A stretch of 64,000 nt of DNA. It comes from Chiloscyllium plagiosum. Taxonomy: Eukaryota. A program made the translations under genes and the position numbers. Location: the NCBI RefSeq assembly GCF_004010195.1, contig NC_057719.1, positions 29,178,822 to 29,242,821 of the forward strand, given 5' to 3'. Every line of letters begins with the position of its first letter. The first letter of the stretch is position 1. Positions 36,401-49,242 of the stretch are shown here, piece after piece. The notes beneath the pieces are model-generated. The model saw nothing but the letters and a program-made list of their open reading frames with translations, did not search any database and was not told where the DNA came from.

Positions 36401-38998
36401 NNNNNNNNNNNNNNNNNNNNNNNNNNNNNNNNNNNNNNNNNNNNNNNNNNNNNNNNNNNNNNNNNNNNNNNNNNNNNNNNNNNNNNNNNNNNNNNNNNNN
36501 NNNNNNNNNNNNNNNNNNNNNNNNNNNNNNNNNNNNNNNNNNNNNNNNNNNNNNNNNNNNNNNNNNNNNNNNNNNNNNNNNNNNNNNNNNNNNNNNNNNN
36601 NNNNNNNNNNNNNNNNNNNNNNNNNNNNNNNNNNNNNNNNNNNNNNNNNNNNNNNNNNNNNNNNNNNNNNNNNNNNNNNNNNNNNNNNNNNNNNNNNNNN
36701 NNNNNNNNNNNNNNNNNNNNNNNNNNNNNNNNNNNNNNNNNNNNNNNNNNNNNNNNNNNNNNNNNNNNNNNNNNNNNNNNNNNNNNNNNTTTGGTTGCAC
36801 TTCAGTCCCACGCTCCTGATCTTCTGGCACCCGGTACGGAGGAGGGAGGGCAGGTCTGAAGACCTCCTCGTGGGACTGCTCCTGGGCCTGGCCAAACTGG
36901 CCATAAACAGGTCCAGGCAGCTGGCCATGGAGGGGGTCAATCACTACAACCCTCCTCCTCGAAGTCATGGCATATAGGCCTTTTGCTGTTCTTGTAACCT
37001 CTCCGGGGTGGTTTTCGCACCAGGTCCACCTCCTCTGACTCAACCTTGGATAGGGGTGGGGTGCACTGGACTGTAGCCTGCAGCTTTGCACCTGGAGCAT
37101 CAAAGAAATTCAACCTCTACTTCAGGTGATAAGGGTCTCGAGGCTGTGACATCTGCCATCCATCTCAGACTCCAAGGTTTCTTCAGTGCTCAGCAGAGGG
37201 GGAAGAACCCATGGGTTCGGGCAGTCTTTCTGTGTGTTCTGAGGGGCCGACTATTTTGCTCCTGTCCCATTTGTGAGCTTGCAGCTTTCACGTGGCCCAT
37301 GTGCTTGTTCAGGACCTCCATGCCTAGCTGAACATTGTACGTCACAGGACCTGACCTTGAGTCAACCTTGTCTGTTACCCATGCAGGGTCATTTTTGTTG
37401 TTTTGACACCAAAGTTCAACTCTTGCAGTAAACCATGTGTTTCCCTTAGAGGAGCCTTGTGCCCTGCATTGGCATTAGTGATGTTGTTTCACCCTGCAAC
37501 CACCACCACCACCGCGCCCCTCCCCCCCCACCCCAGCCACCTCCACCAGTTCCTGGAAGGTCAGATTTAATCTGATGTGGAGTCTTGTCACCATTAGCAA
37601 CTCTGTTGAAGCTATCTCTGTAGTAGTAGAAGGTGTGGTCTTATAACCAAATAGGAACTGAGATAGCTTGGTATTGAGTGGAGCTGTAGGCTTTCTTTCA
37701 GCCTGCCTTGAAAGTTTAATCCACTCAACCTTAAGGGTTGGGTTCCAGAATTTTGTTCTGTTATCACTCGGTGTCCATTTAACTTGACATTTATTCTGAT
37801 TGGTTCTGATTTGGATTTGCTCAGCAATTTAACTGTTCCAAGTCAGATGTAGGTGAGTTTTCCATGGTGTGCACTCTCTGGGATACCACCCTATGAGTTC
37901 TCCTACTCAAATCAGGCCTCGTGGATCTCCTCTTGTCTAGACTCTGCATCCCAGCAGCAACTACAATGGCTTGCTGGCCGAAACCCTGAAGAAAATGTTA
38001 ACCATTTAGCTGAGGCTTGGCTTTGCTTTGTGGTTTTGCCATGGGATGACTTAGAGGCCCTCTGTCAGGATATGTCCTGATTGAGGCTGTGCAATTGCCT
38101 CCACTCAAGTGATGTCCACCAAGCTCAGTTAGCCTGGCCATGGTGTGAACTTCCATCAGCATGCCCTGTAACTCATTTTCCTCTTGTCGCATTTCCTAAT
38201 GGGAAAGCCAGTTGTAGTGCCTATTTGAAGTCTGGTTGGGTTTCAGCTGGCAGGTGCTTTTGCATATTTACATCATTAATCCCATTTACCAGTCTCTCAG
38301 CATCTCATAAAGAATTAAGCCAAAGTCACATGCCTCTGCCAATGATCTTAATCTCCTCAAAAACCACAACATGGATTTCTCTCGTTCTCGAATTGCCAAG
38401 TAAAACCAATTGTGTCTCAGAATTAGAGGAGGCTTGGGGTTGTAATATTCCTTAACTAAATTCATCAACTCTTGAAAGGTTTTATTACCTGGTTCCTCAG
38501 AAAACGTTAGATTCCTAATAACTGAAAAAGCTACAGGTCCACAAGCTGTTAGGAGAATAACTGTTTGCTTTTAATCTGCTCACTGTCATTTGCCTGGAAA
38601 ATAATAACATTTTTTCCATATACCATGGACCCAGTCTTCACGTGCAGGATTGATTGAGTCACACTACCCAAATAAAGGCAGGATGCCAGAAATGCTCACC
38701 CCAACTCAAAAAATACTGTTACAAGCAAATTTCTTCCGGAATTTTCTTTTCTTTCATTGCCAATAAATAACTCCACAAAGGCCAGTATTCTGTCACCAAA
38801 GCACCTTTTATTTACAAGTGCATTGTTCTCAATACTGGTCCGGCTTCCTCAGAGCCAACTCTCAGAATCAACAGGACTTCGGACACTCCTAATTATATCT
38901 GTCAGCCAGGGCTCCCTGATTGGGGCTGTTAACCAGGTCCAATCAGGGAACTCATATTCTATGAGGTCCACCTGGCTGACCTCGTTACATTCACTATA
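33442..38998 (-). mobile_element. Gypsy LTR retrotransposon, internally deleted; 3' LTR disrupted by Tx1 array; 5-bp TSD
   Basis: 5' LTR 38763-38998; gag YYNPKPPLIL..F..R..S..FLRRLRSLAEACDFG..EMLRD; protease PIRINVKLNG; integrase C-term GPVTYNV; polypurine tract 36950-36961; TSD ataac at 33437-33441 and 38999-39003. Confidence 0.88.
33569..36938 (-). mobile_element. Tandem array of 5'-truncated Tx1/L1-type LINE copies (plus a second poly(A) family); last piece 36790-36938 is on + strand; spans a gap
   Basis: DLGWRVLH.AVPCNR..CLFCG..ESMDH..GC (C-terminal CCHC), LAKLAI..SR; repeated 3' UTR with aataaa and poly(A). Confidence 0.88.
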
Positions 38999-39442
38999 AT
39001 AACATGGGTCAGTTATCTTTACCAGAACTGAAATAAATCCTTTATTGCAATCAAAGTTGACTGGTCAACCAATCAGCACCCTTTTTTCCTGTAGTAGAAT
39101 TTATTACGATTCTTTAAAACTTGTATCAGTATTTATAAAAAGGTCAGCTACTTTGAGGAAACAAGTCAGAAGTGAGAGCATTGCACATTAAATTTGGCAG
39201 AGTGGAGATGTTGAAAAAAACCTGGGATTCTTTTGAAAGATAATTCTGGTGCAGCTTTAGTCTAGTTTTTTAAAGGTAGTATGACTGCATCATGTCTACG
39301 ACATGTACTATTTCCAAACTACCAGAAAATGGGTGGTAATTCGAATGGAAATTCCAATGAATTACATTTTAATCTTGTGCAGTATATAATTTTACATAGC
39401 AAAACATTCATATACATTTTTTATGTTTATTAAATATTACAG

Positions 39443-39528
39443 TGAATTCAGATGATGTAACAGTGAGGAAAATAGATGCAAGTCCATCCAATGCATGTGT
39501 TTTCACTGATTCACTTTATAAATCTCAG
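39443..39528 (+). CDS. SIX6OS1: Putative exon (NSDDVTVRKIDASPSNACVFTDSLYKSQ)
   Basis: tattacag| acceptor, consensus CAG|gtaagt donor, phase 1 in, phase 0 out. Confidence 0.68.
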
Positions 39529-40099
39529 GTAAGTCAAACGGTTTGAAAATTAATATAATTCATATCAAAATGAGAGTTTATTGAGTACATCATTGAGTTG
39601 ATGCAACATCTCTCTATTAGTATTAAAAAGCAAATATCCTGCTCACGCATTTATTCATTCCCATATATAGATTCTTCATTCACCCAGATCATTTAATCTG
39701 GGAGAAGCTAAAGGTATAAAAACCCATGCCAATTACATAGAAAAAAAAACTGGAATACTCCCCTAGACTTATAAATGTTAAAATTAGTTAAGAAATCACA
39801 CTGAATTAAAAGATTGCATAACATCCAGTCTAAACATAACATTCTGTTGTTACTTCAAAGCATGACCCTGGTCATTGCTGTCCAGTCATTTGAAAGAATT
39901 TGACTAACTAAATACAATCCTGGTCACTTTGTTATTTTATAATTTCATTCAATTCAGCCTCCATTCTAAATTCCTTGCAAGTATGTAGATCTAGCTGTTT
40001 TCCTGTCTGAGTAACTATGATGTTTTAAATTAAAAATTTGCATTGGTTGAGCTGAACAGCTCTTCCTATGGACCACATTTGGTTGTCCAAATTTGGTTG

Positions 40100-41720
40100 C
40101 CATCTCGCTTCCCCACCCTCTCAATCACCAAAACCAAGCAGTGGACACTGAACAGTAATTCAGAGCCCAATGAGCAAAAAGCTTCCCAAACACAGTCCTT
40201 AGGCAGCAATCTTGGCTGTGGCCATGTGATATCAAGAAAGAGTTTGAGGCATTGGATACTGCAAAGGCTATGGGCTGTGACAACAATCTGGCAATAGTAC
40301 TGAAGATTCGTACTCCAGAACTTGCCAGTCCCCTGGCTAAGCTGTTCCAGTGCAGCTGCAACTTTGGCATCTACCCGACAATGTGGAAAATTGCCTGGGT
40401 TTGCCCTGTGTATAAAATGTACAACAAATCCAACCTGGTCAATTACTGAGTCTAATCTAGATCATCAGCAAAGTGATGGAAGGTGTTATCAACAATGCTA
40501 TCAAACAGCTAATACTCAGCAAAAACCTGCTTAGTAATGCCAGATTTGGGTTCCGCCAGGAGTACTCATTACAGCCTTTGTTCACACATGGACAAAAAGT
40601 GAATTCCAGAGATGAGGTGAGAGTGACAGCCCTTAACATCAAGGTTGCATTCAACAGAGTGCAGCATCAAGGATTCCTAGCAAAACTGGAATTAATAGAA
40701 ATCAGGGAGCAAACTGTCAGATTCATACATGGCACATAGAAAGGTGGTTGTGGTTATTGGAAGTCAGTTACCTGAGTTCCAGGATATCTCTGCAGGAGTT
40801 CCTTAGAGCCGTGTCCTAGGCCCAACCATTTTCAGCTGCTTCATCAATGACACTCCCTCCATCGTAAGGTCAGAAGTGGAGATGTATGATGATTGCACAA
40901 TGTTTGAACCATTTGTGACTCCTCAGACACAAGCAGTCCATGTTCAAATGCAGGAAGATCTGGTCAATATCCCAGCTTGGGCTGACAAGTAGTATATAAC
41001 ATTTGTGCCACACAAATGCCAGGTAATGAACATCTCCAATAAGAAACAATTTAACCACTGCCCCTTGACATTCAATGATATTAGTATCACTGAATCTCCC
41101 ACTATCATCATCCTTGGGGTGACCATTGACCAGAAACTCAAAGGGACTCACCACATGAACAGTGGTTACAAGAGCAGGTCAAAGGTGGGAATACTGCAGC
41201 GAGTAGCTCACCTTCTAAATCTACAAAGCCTGTGCACAATTGATAAGGTACAAGTCAGATGAGTGATGGAATACTCCCCACTTGCCTGGATGAGTGCAAC
41301 TCTAACTACACTTAAGGATCTTAATGTCATCAAAGTCAAAGCAGCCTGCTAGATTGGCACCAGATCCACAAACATCCACTCCCTCCACCACCAATGCACT
41401 GTAGAAATTCACCAAAAATCCTTAATCAACACCTTCCAAACCCACAACTGCTTCCAACTAGAAGGACAAGGGTAGCAAGTACATGAGAATCACCTACAAG
41501 TTTCCTTCCAGGCCACTCACCATCCTTATTTGGAAACATATTGCAATTACTTCACTGTCAATGGGTTAATTCCTGTAACTCCCTCCCTAAGAGCATTATG
41601 TGTGAACCTACAGCACATGGATTGCTGCAATTCAAGAAGGCAGCTCACCACGACCTTCTCAAGGGCATCCAAGGCAGACAATAAATGCTGGCCAGCCTGT
41701 GACACCTACATCGGCAAAAG
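40100..41720 (+). mobile_element. CR1/L2-group LINE (second family), RT to 3' end, decayed
   Basis: PELASPLAKLFQ..YPTMWKIA.VCPV, ARFGFRQ, VLGPTIFSCFIND. Confidence 0.85.
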
Positions 41721-41812
41721 AAATTTGAAGGGAAGTTTGAAAAATTAAAAAAAAACAAAAGAATCAATGTACTGGGTATTGAAGATGTGAGTTATAACCA
41801 AACTGTGACAAA

Positions 41813-43350
41813 ATCATAGAATCATACAACATGGATACAGGCTATCCAGACCAACTTGTCCATGCTAATCAGGTTGGCTGACTGAACCAGTCCATTTGCC
41901 TATGTTTGGCCCATATCCCTTTTAGAGCTTTCTTATCTATGTATTTTAGATGTTGCAATTGTACCCCCTTGTAACACTTCATCTGACAGCTCGTTCCACA
42001 TACGTACCACCCTCTATGTGGGAAAATTGCCCCTCAGGTCCCTTTTAAATCTTTTCACTCTCACCTTAAACCTGTGCTCTCTAGTTCTAGACTCTCCTAT
42101 CCTAGGGAAAAGACCTTGGTGATTCACCTTAACAATACTCCTTCTGATTTTATAAATCTCTATATGGTCACCCTTCATCCTCCTACATTCTATGAAAAAG
42201 AGTCCCAGTCTACCCAACTTCTCCTTATAACTCATACTTTCAAGTCTCTGCAACATCCTTGTAAATCTTTTTTGCATGCTTTCCTTCGTTTATCCTTCGT
42301 TTATCCTTCATTCAGCAGTGCAACCAGAATTGTATGCATTACATTAAATGTGGCCTTACCAATATCTTGTTCATAGGACATAGAACCGTACAGCACAGGA
42401 ATGGGTCCTTTGGCCCATGATGTTGTGATGAACATGATGCCAAATTAAACTAATCCCTTCTGCGTGCCCTTGGTATACCTCTATTCCTTGCATTTTCAAG
42501 TGCTTATTTAAAAGCCTCTTAAACATCCCTATCGTATCTGCCTTCACCACCAACCCTGGCAGTGTATTCCACACTGCTACCACTTTCTGTGTAGAGAAAC
42601 CTGCCCCTCACCTCTCCTTTGAACTCCCCCACCCCCTCATCTTAAATGTATGCCCCCTAGTTTTAGACATTTCAACTCTAGGAAAAAGATTCTGGCCATC
42701 AAACCTATCTATGCATCTCATAATTTTATAAACTTCATTCAAGTCTCCCCTCAGCCTCCCCAGCTCCAGAAAAACAACTTGAGTTTTTCCAGCCTCTCCT
42801 TATAGCTCATGCCCTCTAATCCAGGCAGCATCCTGGTAAACCTCTTCTACACCCGGTCCAAAGCCGTCACATCCTTCCTGTAATGTGGCGACCAGAATTG
42901 AATGCAGTATTTTAAGCGTGCCCTAACAAAAGTCTGATAAAGCTGCAACATGATATCCTGACTCGTGCAGTTCAAAAGTGTGGCACTGGAAAAGCACAGC
43001 AGGTCAGGCAGCATCCGAGGAGCAGGAGAATTGACGTTTTAGGCATAAACCCTTCATCAGGATTGACTCGTGTACTCAATTCCCTGATCAGTAAGGGCAA
43101 GCATGCCATATGCATTCATCACCACCCTATCTACTTGCTTGGCCATTTTCAGGGAGCTACAGACTTGAACTACAAGATCCCTCTGTACATCAATGCTGTT
43201 CAGGGTTCTGCCATTATCTGCATACTTTTCCTTCACATTTGGTCTCCCAAACTGCAGCACCTGACACAAACATGGATTAAAGTCTATCTGCAATTTCTCT
43301 GCCCATGTCTACAACTGATCTATATCCTTCTGTATCCTTTGACAACTTTC
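41813..43350 (-). mobile_element. Two nested CR1 3' fragments; Penelope fragment at about 42968-43063
   Basis: QKRFTRML..SYKEKL.RLGLF; VAVWNTLP; tgactcgtg duplicated around the Penelope piece. Confidence 0.85.
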
Positions 43351-43389
43351 TACACTAGCAGGTTTGATTAAAAAAAATGCAGAAATGAG

Positions 43390-44090
43390 CAGCAGAAATT
43401 AAATGGTTTATATGGATTTGGGTGAGGCATTTGGTAAAATTCCACATGGGAGGCTGCTCTGGAAGGTTAGATTGCATGGAATCCAGGGGGAGCTGACAAA
43501 TTGGATACATAATTGACTTGATGGTGGGAAGTAGAGCGTAATGGTGAAAGATGCTTGTCGGGTTAGAGGCCTGTGACTAGTGGCGTATCTAAAGGGTTGG
43601 TGCTGGGCCCATTGCTGTTTGTTATCTATATCAGTGATTTGGATGAGAATGTACAAGGCATGATTAGTAAGTTTGTCGGTGACACTGAAATAGGTGGTCT
43701 CATGGACAGTGTGGAAAGTAATCAGAAATTGCAGCAGAACCTTGAGCAGCTGGGGATGTGGGCTGAGAAATGACAAATGGATTTAATAATAGATAAGTAT
43801 GAGGTGTTGCATTTTATAAAATCAAGTCAAAGTAAGAGTTTCCTGGTGACTGGAGGGCCTTAAGGAGTGTAGTGGAACAGAGGGACTTGGAGTTCAGATG
43901 CACGGTTCTCTGAAAGTGGAGTCACAGGCAGACAGGGCAGTGAAGAAGGCTTTTGGCATACTGGCCTTTATCAGTCCAGGCATTGAGTATAGAAGTTGAT
44001 AAGTTATGTTTTAGTTGTAAGGACATTGGTGAGGCCACAATTGGAGTATTGTGTTCAGTTTTAGTTACCTTGCTACAGGAAAGATGTTAG
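43390..44090 (+). mobile_element. CR1 RT fragment
   Basis: TSGVSKGLVLGPLLFVIYISDLD..SKFVGDT. Confidence 0.88.
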
Positions 44091-44184
44091 AGTCATAGAG
44101 TCCTACAGCACAGAGACAGGCCCTTTGGCCCAAACTGGTCAATGCCAACTGAAATGTACATCTATGCTAACCCCATTTCCCTGC

Positions 44185-44828
44185 TGTGATGATTCTGCTC
44201 CTTTAACAATGGAATGTTGTCCTTGGTTTTCTTTCAGAGGGGTTGTAAATGTGTAGATTCCAATGTGTCTGATGTGGATGGGTTTTAGGGCCAATTTGAT
44301 TATCGCCAACCGATACCACCTCATGCACAAAAGTTTTCAAGTTTAAAAAAAAAACACTTGTACAATAAAAAGAGAGTGGCCAGTTCTCCGAGCTCAGTTT
44401 TACTCTGGTTTTGGTTTGGTTTTAGCAAGCAGCCAGTTTTTTTGAGGCTGCTGGTCAAAGAGACAGCTCCATGCTGAACCTCTCTCTCTCTTTGGCATCT
44501 CTCCTGTAAGAACCTGTGTTTGATTTTATATTTTTTTGCCAAGGGGGTGTTTATGGGGACGTTGCAAGTATTTTGAACAGCTTCATTGAGTTTTGACAGA
44601 GTTGATTGAGTTTTTAAATAGTTAAGTTATTCTATATTCTGTTCCCTTTTGTGTTTCATTCGGTAATCTTGCAAATAAATTCTGTTTTGTTTAAAACTAA
44701 GTGGTTGGGCCAGCTGTATTACTCCTGGAATATCTACTGTGCACCTGCTTAAAGAAAAACTAGAAAAGTTAGGGTCTGGGATACCTTCCTGAAATGTTTT
44801 GAAGGCGTTTGGCCTGGTCCATAAGACA
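44185..44828 (+). mobile_element. Probable solo LTR inserted in a CR1 3' tail
   Basis: Starts tgtgatga, ends ccataaga; aataaa near 44674; interrupted CR1 tail resumes on the other side (ctgc/cagc flanks). Confidence 0.6.
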
Positions 44829-44852
44829 GCACCTGCCCCATATCCTTTTATA

Positions 44853-47016
44853 TCAAAAAGTGTGATGCTGGAAAAGCAGAGCCATCCGAGGAGCAGGGGA
44901 GTTAACATTTTGAACATAAGCTCATCATCAGAGATGGGGTGGGTGGGGGATGGGACTGAGGGAAGGTAGCTAGGAATGTGAAAGGTAGATGAAGGTGGGG
45001 TGATGGTGATAGGTCAGAGGTCCATCCAACCGAAACAAGGATAGAACCTTCCTGGTTCTCACCTTCCACTCCACCAATCTCTGGATACAACACATCATCC
45101 TCTGCCATTTCTGCCACCTACAGTCATACCCCAACACCAGAGATATATTTCCCTCCCCAGCCCTTTCAGTACCCTCCAACTGCAACAAGGATAGAACCCC
45201 CATGGTCCTCACCTTCCAGCCCACCGATATCTAGATACAACGCATTATCCTCTGCCATTTCTGTCACCCACAGTCAGACCCTACCACCAGAGAAATATGC
45301 ATCTGGAGAATTCCCCTATGCTCTAAAGAATAAAAGGCCCTAACTTGTCCAATATCTCCTTATAACTTAGACCATTGAGTCCAGGCAACATCCTTGTAAA
45401 TTTCTTCTGCACTGGATGTAAGTTTGCTCGCTGAGTTGCAAGGTTCATTTTCACATGTTTCATCACCATACTAGGTAACATCAGTGAGCCCCACTGAAGC
45501 ACAGGTGTTATGACCTACTTTCTGTTGATGTGTTTAGGTTTCATTGGGCTGATAATGTCATTTTCGGCAGTGAAGTCATTTCCTGTACTTTTCCTCAAAG
45601 GGTGGTAAATTGGGTCCAAGTCGACATGTTTGTTGATAGAGTTCCAGTTGGAATGCCATGCTTCTAGGAATTCTCATGCATGTCTCTGTTTGGCTTGTCT
45701 AGGATACCCTCAACAACTTCTCTTTCTCTTTCGAATCCTCCCACTTTCTCCAGATGAAAGGGGTAGCCATGGGCACCTGCATGGGCCCCAGCTATGCCTG
45801 TCTCTTTGTTGGCTACGTAGAACAGTCCATCTTCTGTAGTTACACCGGTACCACTCTCCATCTTTTCCTCCACTACATTGATGACTGCATCGGCGCCACA
45901 TCGTGCTCCCACGAGGAGGTAGATCAGTTCTTCAATTTCACCAACACATTCCACCCCGACCTTAAATTCACATGGACCATCTCTGACACCTCCCTCCCCT
46001 TCCTGGACCTCTCCATTTCCATCAATGACAACTGACTCAACGCCAACATTTTCTACAAACCCACTGACTCCATAGCTACCTGGATTACACCTCATCCCAC
46101 CCTACCTCCTGCAAAAATGCTATCCCGTATTCCCAATTCCTCCGCTTCTACCGTATCTGCTCCCAGGAGGACCAGTTCCACCACAGAATACACCAGATGG
46201 CCTCCTTCTTTAAAGACTGTAATTTCCCCTCCCACGTGGTTGAAGATGCCTTCCAATGCATCTCATCCATGTCCCGCACCTCCGCCTCAAACTCCACCCC
46301 TCCAACCGCAACAAGGACAGAAGCCCCTGGTCCTCACCTTCCACCCCACCAACCTCCGTATAAACCGTATCATCTGCCAACATTTCTGCCACCTACAAAC
46401 GGACCCCATCACCAGGGATATTTTTCCCTCCCCACGCCTTCCGCGAAGACCATTCCCTCCTGACTACCTGCACAGGTTTCCCCCGCCCCACAACAACCTA
46501 CCCTTGCCTCCTGGCACCTTCCCCTGCCACCGCAGGAATTGCAAAGCCTGCACCCACACCTCTCCCCTCACTTCCATCCAAGGCCCCAAAGGAGCCTTCC
46601 ATAACCATCAAAGTTTCAGCTGCACTTCCGCAAATGTCATTTATTGCATCCATTGCTCCTGGATGCCTCCTCGCTGAGCGCTTCAGGAATGTTTCTGGGC
46701 CACCCGCACAATCAACCCCACTGCCCCGTGGCCGAACATTTCAACTCCCCCTCCGACTGTGCAGAGGACATGCAGGTCCTGTGCCTCTTCCACCGCCACT
46801 CCCTCACCACCTGACGCCTGGAGGAAGAATGTCTCATCATCAAGTCGGAACTGTTCAATCCTAGGGCATCAATGTGGACTTCACCAGTTTCCTCATTTCC
46901 CCTCCCCCCTCCTTGCCCCAGTTCCAAACTTCCAGCTCAGCACCATTCTCATGACGTGTCCCACCTGTCAATCTTCCTTCCCACTTACCTGCTCCACCCT
47001 CCTCTCTGACCTATCA
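44853..47016. mobile_element. Cluster of Penelope fragments; family 1 RT-GIY on + strand 45705-47016, family 2 3' end on - strand 45415-45705
   Basis: KGVAMGTCMGPSYACLFVG..HYIDD..LPFLD; about 150-bp tandem duplication at 45025-45298. Confidence 0.85.
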
Positions 47017-49013
47017 GAGTGTGGAGGCTGAAGAGATTGGGGAGACACTGAATGAATACTTTTCGTCAGTATTCAATCAGGAACAGGACATTGTTGTCAA
47101 TGTGAATACTGAGTCACAATTAAGTAGAATGGATGGCTTTGAGGTATGTAGAGAAGAGGTGTTGGAAATTCTGGAAAGGGTGAAAAGGGTGAACGTCCCC
47201 TGGGCCTGATGGCATTTATCCTAGGATTCTCTGGGAAGCAAGGGAGGAGATAGCAGAGCNNNNNNNNNNNNNNNNNNNNNNNNNNNNNNNNNNNNNNNNN
47301 NNNNNNNNNNNNNNNNNNNNNNNNNNNNNNNNNNNNNNNNNNNNNNNNNNNNNNNNNNNNNNNNNNNNNNNNNNNNNNNNNNNNNNNNNNNNNNNNNNNN
47401 NNNNNNNNNNNNNNNNNNNNNNNNNNNNNNNNNNNNNNNNNNNNNNNNNNNNNNNNNNNNNNNNNNNNNNNNNNNNNNNNNNNNNNNNNNNNNNNNNNNN
47501 NNNNNNNNNNNNNNNNNNNNNNCTTGTCAAAGGCAGTATTAAAGTCCATGTAGACAACGTCTGCCACTCTGCCCTCATCAATCTTTTTGATTACATACTC
47601 AAAACAACTCAATCAAGTTCATGAGACACAATTTCCCATCAACAAAGCCTCACTGACAATTCCAAATCAGTCCTTGTCTCTCCAAATGCACGTAAATCCT
47701 AACTCTTGGAATCCCCTCCAACAACTTACCCATCACTGACATCAGACTCACTGATTAATAGTTCCCAGGCTTCTCCTTAGAGCCTTTTAAAAATAAAGAC
47801 ACACCATTAGCCACCCTCCAGTCCTTCAGCCTCTCAAGTGTGGCTATAGCTGATGCAAATATATCTGCTAGGGGCCACACAGTTTCTTCCCCAACTTTCC
47901 ACAATGTCCTGGGATACACTTGATCAAGTCCCAGAGATTTATCCACCTTTATCTTTTTTAAGATCTCCAGTACCTCCTCTTCTGTGATGTTGTCTGTTTT
48001 CAAGATATCAATACTGATTTCCCTGAGTTGCCTAGCCTCCCTATCTTTCTCCACATTAAAAACTGATGTGAAATATTTATTTTGTATTTCTCCCATCTCT
48101 TGTAGTTCCACACATTGATGACCTCATTGATTTAAAGTGGCTCTATTCTCTTCCCAGTTGCTCTTTGCTCTTTTGGATTCTCCTTAATCTAATCTGCCAA
48201 GACCATCTCGAACTCCATTTTTTGCCCTCCTGATTTCCCACTTAAGAATGTCCTTACTCCCCTTATACACTGCAAGAGAATAATTTGATCTCAGTTGTTT
48301 ATACCTAACATACCTCCTTCCTATTTTTGGCCAGAGTCTCAATATTTTTATCCATTGTTCCTGACTCTTACTAGCCTTACCCTTTCCTCTAAGTCAGACA
48401 TATAAGGTAACGCCTCTGAACTCTTATTATCTCACTTTTGAAAGCCTCCCACTTACCAGCCATTCTTTTACCTGCGAAAGACTATTTGTGTCGTGCCTTC
48501 AAAATTTGCCTTAATCCAATTAAGAAATTTAATTTTTATATAAGGCCTATCCTTTTCCATAACTATTTTAAAACTAATAGAATTATGATTATTAGTCCCA
48601 AAGAGCTTCCCCAATAACACTCCAATCTGCCTTATTTCTCAAGAGGTCAGGTTTACTCCTTGCCTAGTATGACGTCTTCATCTTGATAAAGAAAACTTTC
48701 TTGAACACATTTAACAAGTTCCTCACGTATGGAGTCAGCTATTATGAGGGGGCATAGCTTTAAATTAAGGGGGGTGTAGGTATAGGACAGATGTTAGGGG
48801 TAGATTCTTTACTCAGCGTGTCGTGAGTTCATGGAATGCCCTGCCAGTAGCAGTGGTGGACTCTCCCTCATTATGGGCATTTAAGCGGGCATTGGATAGG
48901 CATATGGAGGATAGTGGGCTAGTGTAGGTTAGGTGGGCTTGGATCGGCGCAACATCGAGGGCCGAAGGGCCTGTACTGCGCTGTATTCTTCTATGTTCTA
49001 TGTTCTATGTTCT
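47017..49013. mobile_element. CR1 fragments on both strands, with assembly gap
   Basis: LNEYFSSVF; DVVYMDFNTAFDK (minus strand); 3' end with (tgttcta)n at 48990-49013. Confidence 0.85.
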
Positions 49014-49242
49014 ATCACCTTTACCCCTTCCTCCATTCGCCTACTGCACTCCCAGCTACCTTCTCCCCAGCCCCACCCCTCCCATTTGTCTATTCCCTAG
49101 GCTTCCAGTCTCATTCCTGATTGAAGGGCTTTTGCCCGAAACATCGATTTTCCTGCTCCTCAGATGCTGCCTGACCTACTGTGCATTTCCAGCACCACTC
49201 TAGTCTTGACTCTCATCTCCAGCATCTGCAGTCCTCACTTTT

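Noticed and set aside
36056..37103. Long ORFs spanning X runs
   Set aside because: Artefacts of the N gap; the same applies to 47097-47612
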